Of a stretch of 64,000 bases of DNA, positions 34,707 to 54,051 are shown piece after piece (within the stretch, counting starts at the first letter, position 1; each line of letters starts with the position of its first letter). The notes beneath the pieces are model-generated. The model did not search any database. It worked only from the letters and a program-made list of their open reading frames with translations, and was not told where the DNA came from. The position numbers were made by a program, and so were the translations under genes. The DNA lies in the NCBI RefSeq assembly GCF_009914755.1, contig NC_060948.1. The stretch is one strand, 5' to 3'. The stretch is from the human T2T-CHM13v2.0 reference genome, Homo sapiens.

Positions 34707-36811
34707 AGATCCATATTTTTTAAATGAAAAAAAATTTCAAAGGTACTCTGCTTGGTACAATAATCAAATGTATAAACTGAGGAATAAAACATAACCATGA
34801 AACCTACTTATAACTGCATATGGAAAATACAGAGGATAATTTTTTAAATAACATATTTTGAAAGCCTTAACTAGTAATTTGAAGAGTTGGCATTTGAAAG
34901 GCCAATATGAATATACCTTCAAAGCAGCAACACAGGTTCCCCATGAGAAAAAGCAAACACAGGGAAAATAAAAACACAAAGGTTCAATCTCTTCTGACCT
35001 TTGAAAGACACAGCACAGACAGTGGTCCTTAGGACGAAGAGCAGGAGACCCCTAATTCCGTCACCATGGCGATAGGGCATAAACATTGCTGGGTGAGGGC
35101 ACAATCCACATTGTGAGGTCCAACTGCTGCCAGGAAGACAGGAGTGCTTTTACATAGACCGAAAGGTCATTGAAGGCTCAGAGTTTTGTTTCAAGAACTG
35201 AATCCCAAGCCCACACGTTATTAGGCTGCGCTTCTTAAAACAAGTTATGAGATGGGAAAAAGGGCACCCACAAACTTACGTATACATTATGTATATAATA
35301 ATATACAGTATCATATATATAATATATATAACCTATGTATAATATTGTTTTACATCCTGCATCTTATGTTATATATATTGTATAAAATATAATAATTGAT
35401 AATATATAAGTTTTATAATTATACAATATGACATATAGTATATATTATAATTTATGACATATATAATATATGTTATATGTCATATATAGAATATATTATA
35501 CGGTTAATATACGTATTAAATATAAGTTATACATTCTATATATTATATATAATATATCTGTTATATATAATACCCATTATGCATAATATATATATTATGT
35601 CTATGTTATATATAGTATAAAACAACATATAATAATATATAATTGTATATATAAAATGCGACATATAATATATATTATATTTTATAACATATGAAATATA
35701 TATTATATATTATATATAATACGTTGTATGTATAATACCTATATTAAATATATATTATATGACTATGTTATTAATTACATGTCACATGTGTTATATATTA
35801 TATATTTTACATAGAATATACCGGTTACATACAATATATACTATGTTACCTATAATGTATTATTTATTACATGTAAAATAAAGAATGCAATATATTATGT
35901 ATAATTTATAATATACCATATGTGGAATGTCATATATATAACATATAATATATGATATATGATATACAGTATATGATATATAACATACAATATATGATTC
36001 CTAATACATATGGTATACAATATATATTTTATGATATGTATTCTATATGTTTTATATTCTGTTATATATAACTATTTGAAATTATATATAACTGTATAAT
36101 ATTTTATGTAAATATGTAATATAATATATATAACTATATAATATATTATATATAACTATATATTATGTTATATATACTTTTATAACATAATTTACATAAA
36201 ATATCATAATATAATATATATTATATTATTTCATATTACATAATATATATTACATATCACCCAATATAACTAACATACATAATATTATAATATAGATTAT
36301 ATTATGTTATATTAAATATCATCTATATCATGTATCATATATTCTATAATATATATTACACATTATATAATATGTGTGTTGTCTATTATGTGATATATAT
36401 AACTCTATATATAATTATATTTTTATACATATAACTAGATAAACATGTAATTCTACATATTTTCATTTATAATATGTAGAATTATATAATCATATATAAT
36501 TATTTATATTCTATAAAAAATTTTATCTTTATATAAATTATAATATATAAAAATTATAATATGTACTACAAATATATATATTATATATCATATATGATAT
36601 AGTACCTTTGTTATATATCATAATACATATAAATGTGTATTATGTTATCTATAATTATATAATTTCATATATAAGTTGTATAATATGTATCATATATTAT
36701 ATATGTTATGTAATATATATAGTATATATAAGATGACACAGGATAAATATTATATACTATGACATATAAAATATATGAGGTTATATGTTACATATAAGGC
36801 ATAGCACATAA

Positions 36812-37126
<315 letters not shown>

Positions 37127-39227
37127 AGATCCATATTTTTTAAATGAAAAAAAATTTCAAAGGTACTCTGCTTGGTACAATAATAAAATGTATAAACTGA
37201 GGAATAAAACATAACCATGAAACCTACTTATAACTGCATATGGAAAATACAGAGGATAATTTTTTAAATAACATATTATGAAAGCCTTAACTAGTAATTT
37301 GAAGAGCTGGCATTTGAAAGGCCAGTATGAATATACCTTCAAAGCAGCAACACAGGTTCCCCATGAGAAATAGCAAACACAGGGAAAATAAAAACACAAA
37401 GGTTCAATCTCTTCTGACCTTTGAAAGACACAGCACAGACAGTGGTCCTTAGGACGAAGAGCAGGAGACCCCTAATTCCGTCACCATGGCGATAGGGCAT
37501 AAACATTGCTGGGTGAGGGCACAATCCACATTGTGAGGTCCAACTGCTGCCAGGAAGACAGGAGTGCTTTTACATAGACCGAAAGGTCATTGAAGGCTCA
37601 GAGTTTTGTTTCAAGAACTGAATCCCAAACCCACACGTTATTAGGCTGCGCTTCTTAAAACAAGTTATGAGATGGGAAAAAGGGCACCCACAAACATACG
37701 TATACATTATGTATATAATAATATACAGTATCATATATATAATATATATAACCTATGTATAATATTGTTTTACATCCTGCATCTTATGTTATATATATTG
37801 TATAAAATATAATAATTGATAATATATAAGTTTTATAATTATACAATATGACATACAGTATATATTATAATTTATGACATATATAATATATGTTATATGT
37901 CATATATAGAATATATTATACGGTTAATATACGTATTAAATATAAATTATACATTATATATATTATATATAATATATCTGTTATATATAATACCCATTAT
38001 GCATAATATATATATTATGTCTATGTTATATATAGTATAAAACAACATATAATAATATATAATTGTATATATGAAATGCGACATATAATATATATTATAT
38101 TTTATAACATATGAAATATATATTATATATTATATATAATACGTTGTATGTATAATACCTATATTAAATATATATTATATGACTATGTTATTAATTACAT
38201 GTCACATGTGTTATATATTATATATTTTACATAGAATATACCGGTTACATACAATATATACTATGTTACCTATAATGTATAATTTATTACATGTAAAATA
38301 AAGAATGCAATATATTATGTATAATTTATAATATACCATATGTGGAATGTGATATATATAACATATAATATATGATATATGATATACAGTATATGATATA
38401 TAACATACAATATATGATTCCTAATACATATTGTATACAATATATATTTTATGATATGTATTCTATATGTTTTATATTCTGTTATATATAACTATTTGAA
38501 ATTATATATAACTGTATAATATTTTATGTAAATATGTATTATAATATATATAACTATATAATATATTATATATAACTATATATTATGTTATATATACTTT
38601 TATAACATAATTTACATAAAATATCATAATATAATATATATTATATTATTTCATATTACATAATATATATTACATATCACCCAATATAACTAACATACAT
38701 AATATTATAATATAGATTATATTGTGTTATATTAAATATCATATATATCATGTATCATATATTCTACAATATATATTACACACTATATAATATGTATGTT
38801 GTCTACTATATGATATATATAACTATATATATAATTATATTTTTATACATATAACTAGATAAACATGTAATTCTACATATTTTCATTTATAATATGTAGA
38901 ATTATATAATCATATATAATTATATTCTATAAAAAATTTTATCATTATATAAATTATAATATATAAAAATTATAATATGTACTACAAATATATATATTAT
39001 ATATCATATATGATATAGTACCTTTGTTATATATCATAATACATATAAATGTGTATTATGTTATCTATAATTATATAATTTCATATATAAGATGTATAAT
39101 ATGTATCATATATTATATATGTTATGTAATATATATAGTATATATAAGATGACACAGGATAAATATTATATACTATGACATATAAAATATATAAGGTTAT
39201 ATGTTACATATAAGGCATAGCACATAA

Positions 39228-39542
<315 letters not shown>

Positions 39543-41647
39543 AGATCCATATTTTTTAAATGAAAAAAAATTTCAAAGGTACTCTGCTTGGTACAATAAT
39601 CAAATGTATAAACTGAGGAATAAAACATAACCATGAAACCTACTTATAACTGCATATGGAAAATACAGAGGATAATTTTTTAAATAACATATTTTGAAAG
39701 CCTTAACTAGTAATTTGAAGAGTTGGCATTTGAAAGGCCAGTATGAATATACCTTCAAAGCAGCAACACAGGTTCCCCATGAGAAAAAGCAAACACAGGG
39801 AAAATAAAAACACAAAGGTTCAATCTCTTCTGACCTTTGAAAGACACAGCACAGACAGTGGTCCTTAGGACGAAGAGCAGGAGACCCCTAATTCCGTCAC
39901 CATGGCGATAGGGCATAAACATTGCTGGGTGAGGGCACAATCCACATTGTGAGGTCCAACTGCTGCCAGGAAGACAGGAGTGCTTTTACATAGACCGAAA
40001 GGTCATTGAAGGCTCAGAGTTTTGTTTCAAGAACTGAATCCCAAGCCCACACGTTATTAGGCTGCGCTTCTTAAAACAAGTTATGAGATGGGAAAAAGGG
40101 CACCCACAAACATACGTATACATTATGTATATAATAATATACAGTATCATATATATAATATATATAACCTATGTATAATATTGTTTTACATCCTGCATCT
40201 TATGTTATATATATTGTATAAAATATAATAATTGATAATATATAAGTTTTATAATTATACAATATGACATATAGTATATATTATAATTTATGACATACAT
40301 AATATATGTTATATGTCATATATAGAATATATTATACGGTTAATATACGTATTAAATATAAATTATACATTATATATATTATATATAATATATCTGTTAT
40401 ATATAATACCCATTATGCATAATATATATATTATGTCTATGTTATATATAGTATAAAACAACATATAATAATATATAATTGTGTATATAAAATGCGACAT
40501 ATAATATATATTATATTTTATAACATATGAAATATATATTATATATTATATATAATACGTTGTATGTATAATACCTATATTAAATATATATTATATGACT
40601 ATGTTATTAATTACATGTCACATGTGTTATATATTATATATTTTACATAGAATATACCGGTTACATACAATATATACTATGTTACCTATAATGTATAATT
40701 TATTACATGTAAAATAAAGAATGCAATATATTATGTATAATTTATAATATACAATATGTGGAATGTGATATATATAACATATAATATATGATATATGATA
40801 TACAGTATATGATATATAACATACAATATATGATACCTAGTATATATGGTATACAATATATATTTTATGATATGTATTCTATATGTTTTATATTCTGTTA
40901 TATATAACTATTTGAAATTATATATAACTGTATAATATTTTATGTAAATATGTAATATAATATATATAACTATATAATATATTATATATAACTATATATT
41001 ATGTTATATATACTTTTATAACATAATTTACATAAAATATCATAATATAATATATATTATATTATTTCATATTACATAATATATATTACATATCACCCAA
41101 TATAACTAACATACATAATATTATAATATAGATTATATTGTGTTATATTAAATATCATATATATCATGTATCATATATTCTATAATATATATTACACACT
41201 ATATAATATGTATGTTGTCTATTATGTGATATATATAACTCTATATATAATTATATTTTTATACATATAAATAGATAAACATGTAATTCTACATATTTTC
41301 ATTTATAATATGTAGAATTATATAATCATATATAATTATTTACATGCTATAAAAAATTTTATCATTATATAAATTATAATATATAAAAATTATAATATGT
41401 ACTACAAATATATATATTATATATCATATATGATATAGTACCTTTGTTATATATCATAATACATATAAATGTGTATTATGTTATCTATAATTATATAATT
41501 TCATATATAAGATGTATAATATGTATCATATATTATATATGTTATGTAATATATATAGTATATATAAGATGACACAGGATAAATATTATATACTATGACA
41601 TATAAAATATATGAGGTTATATGTTACATATAAGGCATAGCACATAA

Positions 41648-41962
<315 letters not shown>

Positions 41963-44093
41963 AGATCCATATTTTTTAAATGAAAAAAAATTTCAAAGGT
42001 ACTCTGCTTGGTACAATAATCAAATGTATAAACTGAGGAATAAAACATAACCATGAAACCTACTTATAACTGCATATGGAAAATACAGAGGATAATTTTT
42101 TAAATAACATATTTTGAAAGCCTTAACTAGTAATTTGAAGAGTTGGCATTTGAAAGGCCAGTATGAATATACCTTCAAAGCAGCAACACAGGTTCCCCAT
42201 GAGAAAAAGCAAACACAGGGAAAATAAAAACACAAAGGTTCAATCTCTTCTGACCTTTGAAAGACACAGCACAGACAGTGGTCCTTAGGACGAAGAGCAG
42301 GAGACCCCTAATTCCGTCACCATGGCGATAGGGCATAAACATTGCTGGGTGAGGGCACAATCCACATTCTGAGGTCCAACTGCTGCCAGGAAGACAGGAG
42401 TGCTTTTACATAGACCGAAAGGTCATTGAAGGCTCAGAGTTTTGTTTCAAGAACTGAATCCCAAGCCCACACGTTATTAGGCTGCGCTTCTTAAAACAAG
42501 TTATGAGATGGGAAAAAGGGCACCCACAAACATACGTATACATTATGTATATAATAATATACAGTATCATATATATAATATATATAACCTATGTATAATA
42601 TTGTTTTACATCCTGCATCTTATGTTATATATATTGTATAAAATATAATAATTGATAATATATAAGTTTTATAATTATACAATATGACATATAGTATATA
42701 TTATAATTTATGACATACATAATATATGTTATATGTCATATATAGAATATATTATACGGTTAATATACGTATTAAATATAAATTATACATTATATATATT
42801 ATATATAATATATCTGTTATATATAATACCCATTATGCATAATATATATATTATGTCTATGTTATATATAGTATAAAACAACATATAATAATATATAATT
42901 GTGTATATAAAATGCGACATATAATATATATTATATTTTATAACATATGAAATATATATTATATATTATATATAATACGTTGTATGTATAATACCTATAT
43001 TAAATATATATTATATGACTATGTTATTAATTACATGTCACATGTGTTATATATTATATATTTTACATAGAATATACCGGTTACATACAATATATACTAT
43101 GTTACCTATAATGTATAATTTATTACATGTAAAATAAAGAATGCAATATATTATGTATAATTTATAATATACAATATGTGGAATGTGATATATATAACAT
43201 ATAATATATGATATATGATATACAGTATATGATATATAACATACAATATATGATACCTAGTATATATGGTATACAATATATATTTTATGATATGTATTCT
43301 ATATGTTTTATATTCTGTTATATATAACTATTTGAAATTATATATAACTGTATAATATTTTATGTAAATATGTAATATAATATATATAACTATATAATAT
43401 ATTATATATAACTATATATTATGTTATATATACTTTTATAACATAATTTACATAAAATATCATAATATAATATATATTATATTATTTCATATTACATAAT
43501 ATATATTACATATCACCCAATATAACTAACATACATAATATTATAATATAGATTATATTGTGTTATATTAAATATCATATATATCATGTATCATATATTC
43601 TATAATATATATTACACATTATATAATATGTATGTTGTCTATTATATGATATATATAACTCTATATATAATTATATTTTTATACATATAACTAGATAAAC
43701 ATGTAATTCTACATATTTTCATTTATAATATGTAGAATTATATAATCATATATAATTATTTATATTCTATAAAAAATTTTATCATTCTATAAATTATAAT
43801 ATATAAAAATTATAATATGTACTACAAATATTATATATATTATATATCATATATGATATAGTACCTTTGTTATATATCATAATACATATAAATGTGTATT
43901 ATGTTATCTATAATTATATAATTTCATATATAAGATGTATAATATGTATCATATATTATATATGTTATGTAATATATATAGTATATATAAGATGACACAG
44001 GATAAATATTATATACTATGACATATAAAATATATGAGGTTATATGTTACATATAAGGCATAGCACATAACATGTAATATATATCATATATAA

Positions 44094-44385
44094 TTTTTTT
44101 TTAGACAGAATCTTGTCCTGTTGCACAGGGTGGGGTACAATGGCGCCATCTTTGCTCACTGCAACTTCTGCCTCACGGGACCAAGCGATTGTCCTCCCTC
44201 AGCCTCCCAGGTAGCTGGGACTACACCACACTGGGACTACACCAGCTGCCACCATGCCTAGCTAATTTTTTGGATTTTTAGTAGTGACAGCGTTTCACTG
44301 TATTGGCCAGGATGGTCTTGATCTCTTCACCTTGTGATCCCCTTGCCTTGGCCTCCAAATTTGCTGGGATTACAGGCCTGAGCCA
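44094..44385 (-). mobile_element. Alu copy 19 (subfamily B)
   Basis: Antisense Alu, B alleles; gggacc variant. Confidence 0.95.
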
Positions 44386-46513
44386 AGATCCATATTTTTT
44401 AAATGAAAAAAAATTTCAAAGGTACTCTGCTTGGTACAATAATCAAATGTATAAACTGAGGAATAAAACATAACCATGAAACCTACTTATAACTGCATAT
44501 GGAAAATACAGAGGATAATTTTTTAAATAACATATTTTGAAAGCCTTAACTAGTAATTTGAAGAGTTGGCATTTGAAAGGCCAGTATGAATATACCTTCA
44601 AAGCAGCAACACAGGTTCCCCATGAGAAAAAGCAAACACAGGGAAAATAAAAACACAAAGGTTCAATCTCTTCTGACCTTTGAAAGACACAGCACAGACA
44701 GTGGTCCTTAGGACGAAGAGCAGGAGACCCCTAATTCCGTCACCATGGCGATAGGGCATAAACATTGCTGGGTGAGGGCACAATCCACATTGTGAGGTCC
44801 AACTGCTGCCAGGAAGACAGGAGTGCTTTTACATAGACCGAAAGGTCATTGAAGGCTCAGAGTTTTGTTTCAAGAACTGAATCCCAAGCCCACACGTTAT
44901 TAGGCTGCGCTTCTTAAAACAAGTTATGAGATGGGAAAAAGGGCACCCACAAACATACGTATACATTATGTATATAATAATATACAGTATCATATATATA
45001 ATATATATAACCTATGTATAATATTGTTTTACATCCTGCATCTTATGTTATATATATTGTATAAAATATAATAATTGATAATATATAAGTTTTATAATTA
45101 TACAATATGACATATAGTATATATTATAATTTATGACATATATAATATATGTTATATATCATATATAGAATATATTATACGGTTAATATACGTATTAAAT
45201 ATAAATTATACATTATATATATTATATATAATATATCTGTTATATATAATACCCATTATGCATAATATATATATTATGTCTATGTTATATATAGTATAAA
45301 ACAACATATAATAATATATAATTGTATATATAAAATGCGACATATAATATATATTATATTTTATAACATATGTAATATATATTATATATTATATATAATA
45401 CGTTGTATGTATAATACCTATATTAAATATATATTATATGACTATGTTATTAATTACATGTCACATGTGTTATATATTATATATTTTACATAGAATATAC
45501 CGGTTACATGCAATATATACTATGTTACCTATAATGTATAATTTATTACATGTAAAATAAAGAATGCAATATATTATGTATAATTTATAATATACAATAT
45601 GTGGAATGTGATATATATAACATATAATATATGATATATGATATACAGTATATGATATATAACATACAATATATGATTCCTAGTATATATGGTATACAAT
45701 ATATATTTTATGATATGTATTCTATATGTTTTATATTCTGTTATATATAACTATTTGAAATTATATATAACTGTATAATATTTTATGTAAATATGTAATA
45801 TAATATATATAACTATATAATATATTATATATAACTATATATTATGTTATATATACTTTTATAACATAATTTACATAAAATATCATAATATAATATATAT
45901 TATATTATTTCATATTACATAATATATATTACATATCACCCAATATAACTAACATACATAATATTATAATATAGATTATATTGTGTTATATTAAATATCA
46001 TATATATCATGTATCATATATTCTATAATATATATTACACATTATATAATATGTATGTTGTCTATTATATGATATATATAACTCTATATATAATTATATT
46101 TTTATACATATAACTAGATAAACATGTAATTCTACATATTTTCATTTATAATATGTAGAATTATATAATCATATATAATTATTTATATTCTATAAAAAAT
46201 TTTATCATTCTATAAATTATAATATATAAAAATTATAATATGTACTACAAATATATATATTATATATCATATATGATATAGTACCTTTGTTATATATCAT
46301 AATACATATAAATGTGTATTATGTTATCTATAATTATATAATTTCATATATAAGATGTATAATATGTATCATATATTATATATGTTATGTAATATATATA
46401 GTATATATAAGATGACACAGGATAAATATTATATACTATGACATATAAAATATATGAGGTTATATGTTACATATAAGGCATAGCACATAACATGTAATAT
46501 ATATCATATATAA

Positions 46514-46805
46514 TTTTTTTTTAGACAGAATCTTGTCCTGTTGCACAGGGTGGGGTACAATGGCGCCATCTTTGCTCACTGCAACTTCTGCCTCACGGGA
46601 CCAAGCGATTGTCCTCCCTCAGCCTCCCAGGTAGCTGGGACTACACCACACTGGGACTACACCAGCTGCCACCATGCCTAGCTAATTTTTTGGATTTTTA
46701 GTAGTGACAGCGTTTCACTGTATTGGCCAGGATGGTCTTGATCTCTTCACCTTGTGATCCCCTTGCCTTGGCCTCCAAATTTGCTGGGATTACAGGCCTG
46801 AGCCA
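46514..46805 (-). mobile_element. Alu copy 20 (subfamily B)
   Basis: Antisense Alu, B alleles; gggacc variant. Confidence 0.95.
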
Positions 46806-48933
46806 AGATCCATATTTTTTAAATGAAAAAAAATTTCAAAGGTACTCTGCTTGGTACAATAATCAAATGTATAAACTGAGGAATAAAACATAACCATGAA
46901 ACCTACTTATAACTGCATATGGAAAATACAGAGGATAATTTTTTAAATAACATATTTTGAAAGCCTTAACTAGTAATTTGAAGAGTTGGCATTTGAAAGG
47001 CCAGTATGAATATACCTTCAAAGCAGCAACACAGGTTCCCCATGAGAAAAAGCAAACACAGAGAAAATAAAAACACAAAGGTTCAATCTCTTCAGACCTT
47101 TGAAAGACACAGCACAGACAGTGGTCCTTAGGACGAAGAGCAGGAGACCCCTAATTCCGTCACCATGGCGATAGGGCATAAACATTGCTGGGTGAGGGCA
47201 CAATCCACATTGTGAGGTCCAACTGCTGCCAGGAAGACAGGAGTGCTTTTACATAGACCGAAAGGTCATTGAAGGCTCAGAGTTTTGTTTCAAGAACTGA
47301 ATCCCAAGCCCACACGTTATTAGGCTGCGCTTCTTAAAACAAGTTATGAGATGGGAAAAAGGGCACCCACAAACATACGTATACATTATGTATATAATAA
47401 TATACAGTGTCATATATATAATATATATAACCTATGTATAATATTGTTTTACATCCTGCATCTTATGTTATATATATTGTATAAAATATAATAATTGATA
47501 ATATATAAGTTTTATAATTATACAATATGACATATAGTATATATTATAATTTATGACATATATAATATATGTTATATATCATATATAGAATATATTATAC
47601 GGTTAATATACGTATTAAATATAAATTATACATTATATATATTATATATAATATATCTGTTATATATAATACCCATTATGCATAATATATATATTATGTC
47701 TATGTTATATATAGTATAAAACAACATATAATAATATATAATTGTATATATAAAATGCGACATATAATATATATTATATTTTATAACATATGTAATATAT
47801 ATTATATATTATATATAATACGTTGTATGTATAATACCTATATTAAATATATATTATATGACTATGTTATTAATTACATGTCACATGTGTTATATATTAT
47901 ATATTTTACATAGAATATACCGGTTACATGCAATATATACTATGTTACCTATAATGTATAATTTATTACATGTAAAATAAAGAATGCAATATATTATGTA
48001 TAATTTATAATATACAATATGTGGAATGTGATATATATAACATATAATATATGATATATGATATACAGTATATGATATATAACATACAATATATGATTCC
48101 TAGTATATATGGTATACAATATATATTTTATGATATGTATTCTATATGTTTTATATTCTGTTATATATAACTATTTGAAATTATATATAACTGTATAATA
48201 TTTTATGTAAATATGTAATATAATATATATAACTATATAATATATTATATATAACTATATATTATGTTATATATACTTTTATAACATAATTTACATAAAA
48301 TATCATAATATAATATATATTATATTATTTCATATTACATAATATATATTACATATCACCCAATATAACTAACATACATAATATTATAATATAGATTATA
48401 TTGTGTTATATTAAATATCATATATATCATGTATCATATATTCTATAATATATATTACACATTATATAATATGTATGTTTTCTATTATGTGATATATATA
48501 ACTATATATATAATTATATTTTTATACATATAACTAGATAAACATGTAATTCTACATATTTTCATTTATAATATGTAGAATTATATAATCATATATAATT
48601 ATTTATATTCTATAAAAAATTTTATCATTCTATAAATTATAATATATAAAAATTATAATATGTACTACAAATATATATATTATATATCATATATGATATA
48701 GTACCTTTGTTATATATCATAATACATATAAATGTGTATTATGTTATCTATAATTATATAATTTCATATATAAGATGTATAATATGTATCATATATTATA
48801 TATGTTATGTAATATATATAGTATATATAAGATGACACAGGATAAATATTATATACTATGACATATAAAATATATGAGGTTATATGTTACATATAAGGCA
48901 TAGCACATAAAATGTAATATATATCATATATAA

Positions 48934-49225
48934 TTTTTTTTTAGACAGAATCTTGTCCTGTTGCACAGGGTGGGGTACAATGGCGCCATCTTTGCTCACT
49001 GCAACTTCTGCCTCTTGGGACCAAGCGATTGTCCTCCCTCAGCCTCCCAGGTAGCTGGGACTACACCACACTGGGACTACACCAGCTGCCACCATGCCTA
49101 GCTAATTTTTTGGATTTTTAGTAGTGACAGCGTTTCACTGTATTGGCCAGGATGGTCTTGATCTCTTCACCTTGTGATCCCCTTGCCTTGGCCTCCAAAT
49201 TTGCTGGGATTACAGGCCTGAGCCA
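48934..49225 (-). mobile_element. Alu copy 21 (subfamily B)
   Basis: Antisense Alu, B alleles; gggacc variant. Confidence 0.95.
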
Positions 49226-51344
49226 AGATCCATATTTTTTAAATGAAAAAAAATTTCAAAGGTACTCTGCTTGGTACAATAATCAAATGTATAAACTGAG
49301 GAATAAAACATAACCATGAAACCTACTTATAACTGCATATGGAAAATACAGAGGATAATTTTTTAAATAACATATTTTGAAAGCCTTAACTAGTAATTTG
49401 AAGAGTTGGCATTTGAAAGGCCAGTATGAATATACCTTCAAAGCAGCAACACAGGTTCCCCATGAGAAAAAGCAAACACAGGGAAAATAAAAACACAAAG
49501 GTTCAATCTCTTCTGACCTTTGAAAGACACAGCACAGACAGTGGTCCTTAGGACGAAGAGCAGGAGACCCCTAATTCCGTCACCATGGCGATAGGGCATA
49601 AACATTGCTGGGTGAGGGCACAATCCACATTGTGAGGTCCAACTGCTGCCAGGAAGACAGGAGTGCTTTTACATAGACCGAAAGGTCATTGAAGGCTCAG
49701 AGTTTTGTTTCAAGAACTGAATCCCAAGCCCACACGTTATTAGGCTGCGCTTCTTAAAACAAGTTATGAGATGGGAAAAAGGGCACCCACAAACATACGT
49801 ATACATTATGTATATAATAATATACAGTGTCATATATATAATATATATAACCTATGTATAATATTGTTTTACATCCTGCATCTTATGTTATATATATTGT
49901 ATAAAATATAATAATTGATAATATATAAGTTTTATAATTATACAATATGACATATAGTATATATTATAATTTATGACATATATAATATATGTTTTATGTC
50001 ATATATAGAATATATTATACGGTTAATATACGTATTAAATATAAATTATACATTATATATATTATATATAATATATCTATTATATATAATACACATTATG
50101 CATAATATATATATTATGTCTATGTTATATATAGTATAAAACAACATATAATAATATATAATTGTATATATAAAATGCGACATATAATATATATTATATT
50201 TTATAACATATGTAATATATATTATATATAATACGTTGTATGTATAATACCTATATTAAATATATATTATATGACTATGTTATTAATTACATGTCACATG
50301 TGTTATATATTATATATTTTACATAGAATATACCGGTTACATACAATATATACTATGTTACCTATAATGTATAATTTATTACATGTAAAATAAAGAATGC
50401 AATATATTATGTATAATTTATAATATACAATATGTGGAATGTGATATATATAACATATAATATATGATATATGATATACAGTATATGATATATAACATAC
50501 AATATATGATTCCTAATATATATGATATACAATATATATTTTATGATATGTATTCTATATGTTTTATATTCTGTTATATATAACTATTTGAAATTATATA
50601 TAACTGTATAATATTTTATGTAAATATGTAATATAATATATATAACTATATAATATATTATATATAACTATATATTATGTTATATATACTTTTATAACAT
50701 AATTTACATAAAATATCACAATATAATATATATTATATTATTTCATATTACATAATATATATTACATATCACCCAATATAACTAACATACATAATATTAT
50801 AATATAGATTATATTCTGTTATATTAAATATCATATATATCATGTATCATATATTCTATAATATATATTACACATTATATAATATGTATGTTGTCTATTA
50901 TGTGATATATATAACTATATATAATTATATTTTTATACATATAACTAGATAAACATGTAATTCTACATATTTTCATTTATAATATGTAGAATTATATAAT
51001 CATATATAATTATTTATATTCTATAAAAAATTTTATCATTGTATAAATTATAATATATAAAAATTATAATATGTACTACAAATATATATATTATATATCA
51101 TATATGGTATAGTACCTTTGTTATATATCATAATACATATAAATGTGTATTATGTTATCTATAATTATATAATTTCATATATAAGATGTATAATATGTAT
51201 CATATATTATATATGTTATGTAATATATATAGTATATATAAGATGACACAGGATAAATATTATATACTATGACATATAAAATATATGAGGTTATATGTTA
51301 CATATAAGGCATAGCACATAACATGTAATATATATCATATATAA

Positions 51345-51636
51345 TTTTTTTTTAGACAGAATCTTGTACTGTTGCACAGGGTGGGGTACAATGGCGCCAT
51401 CTTTGCTCACTGTAACTTCTGCCTCACGGGTCCAAGGGATTGTCCTCCCTCAGCCTCCCAGGTAGCTGGGACTACACCACACTGGGACTACACCAGCTGC
51501 CACCATGCCTAGCTAATTTTTTGGATTTTTAGTAGTGACAGCGTTTCACTGTATTGGCCAGGATGGTCTTGATCTCTTCACCTTGTGATCCCCTTGCCTT
51601 GGCCTCCAAATTTGCTGGGATTACAGGCCTGAGCCA
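51345..51636 (-). mobile_element. Alu copy 22 (subfamily B, junction unit)
   Basis: Antisense Alu with B alleles, followed by A-type downstream sequence. Confidence 0.95.
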
Positions 51637-53730
51637 AGATCCATATTTTTTAAATGAAAAAAAATTTCAAAGGTACTCTGCTTGGTACAATAATCAAATG
51701 TATAAACTGAGGAATAAAACATAACCATGAAACCTACTTATAACTGCATATGGAAAATACAGAGGATAATTTTTTAAATAACATATTTTGAAAGCCTTAA
51801 CTAGTAATTTGAAGAGTTGGCATTTGAAAGGCCAGTATGAATATACCTTCAAAGCAGCAACACAGGTTCCCCATGAGAAACAGCAAACTCAGGGAAAATA
51901 AAACCACAAAGGTTCAAGCTCTTCTGACCTTTGAAAGACACAGCACAGACAGTGGTCCTTAGGACGAAGAGCAGGAGACCCCTAATTCCGTCACCATGGC
52001 GATAGGGCATAAACATTGCTGGGTGAGGGCACAATCCACATTGTGAGGTCCAACTGCTGCCAGGAAGACAGGAGTGCTTTTACATAGACCGAAAGGTCAT
52101 TGAAGGCTCAGAGTTTTGTTTCAAGAACTGAATCCCAAGCCCACACGTTATTAGGCTGCGCTTCTTAAAACATGTTATGAGATGGGAAAAAGGGCACCCA
52201 CAAACATACGTATACATTATGTATATAATAATATACAGTATCATATATATAATATATATAACCTATGTATAATATTGTTTTACATCCTGCATCTTATATT
52301 ATATATATTGTCTAAAATATAATAATTGATAATATATAAGTTTTATATTTATACAATATGACATATAGTATATATTATAATTTATGACATATATAATATA
52401 TGTTATATATCATATATAGAATATATTATACGGTTAATATACGTATTAAATATAAATTATACATTATATATATTATATATAATATATCTGTTATATATAA
52501 TACCCATTATGCAAAATATGTATATTATGTCTATGTTATATATAGTATAAAACAACATATAATAATATATAATTGTATATATAAAATGCGACATATAATA
52601 TATATTATATTTTATGACATATGTAATATATATTATATATTATATATAATACGTTGTATGTATAATACCTATATTAAATATATATTATATGACTATGTTA
52701 TTAATTACATGTCACATGTGTTATATATTATATATTTTACATAGAATATACCGGTTACATACAATATATACTATGTTACCTATAATGTATAATTGATTAC
52801 ATGTAAAATAAAGAATGCAATATATTATGTATAATTTATAATATACAATATGTGGAATGAGATATATATAACATATAATATATGATATATGATATACAGT
52901 ATATGATATATAACATACAATATATGATACCTAGTATATATGGTATACAATATATATTTTATGATATGTATTCTATATGTTTTATATTCTGTTATATATA
53001 ACTATTTGAAATTATATATAACTGTATAATATTTTATGTAAATATGTAATATAATATATATAACTATATAATATGTTATATATAACTATATATTATGTTA
53101 TATATACTTTTATATCATAATTTACATAAAATGTCATAATATAATACATATTATATTATTTCATATTACATAATATATATTACATATCACCCAATATAAG
53201 TAACATACATAATATTATAATATAGATTATATTATGTTATGTTAAATATCATATATATCATGTATCATATATTCTATAATATATATTATACATTATATAA
53301 TATGTATGTTGTCTATTATGTGATATATATAACTATATATTATTATATTATTATACATATAACTAGATAAACATGTAATTCTACATATTTTCATTTATAA
53401 TATATAGAATTCTATAATCATATATAATTATTTATATTCTATAAAAAATTATATCATTATATAAATTATAATATAAAAAAATTATAATATGTACTACAAA
53501 TATATATATTATATATCATATATGATATAGTACCTTTTTTATATATCACAATACATATAAATGTGTATTATGTTATCTATAATTATATAATTTCATATAT
53601 AAGATGTATAATATGTATTATATATTGTATATGTTATGTAATATATATAGTATATAAGCTGACACAGGATAAATATTATATACTATGACATATAAAATAT
53701 ATGAGGTTATATGTTACATATAAGGCATAG

Positions 53731-54051
<321 letters not shown>

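Noticed and set aside
52400-52744. Ile/Tyr-rich ORFs (114 aa here, similar at 1937, 11474, 13467, 16125, 27976, 32976 and 54495)
   Set aside because: These are translations of TA-rich low-complexity DNA, opened by chance single substitutions.
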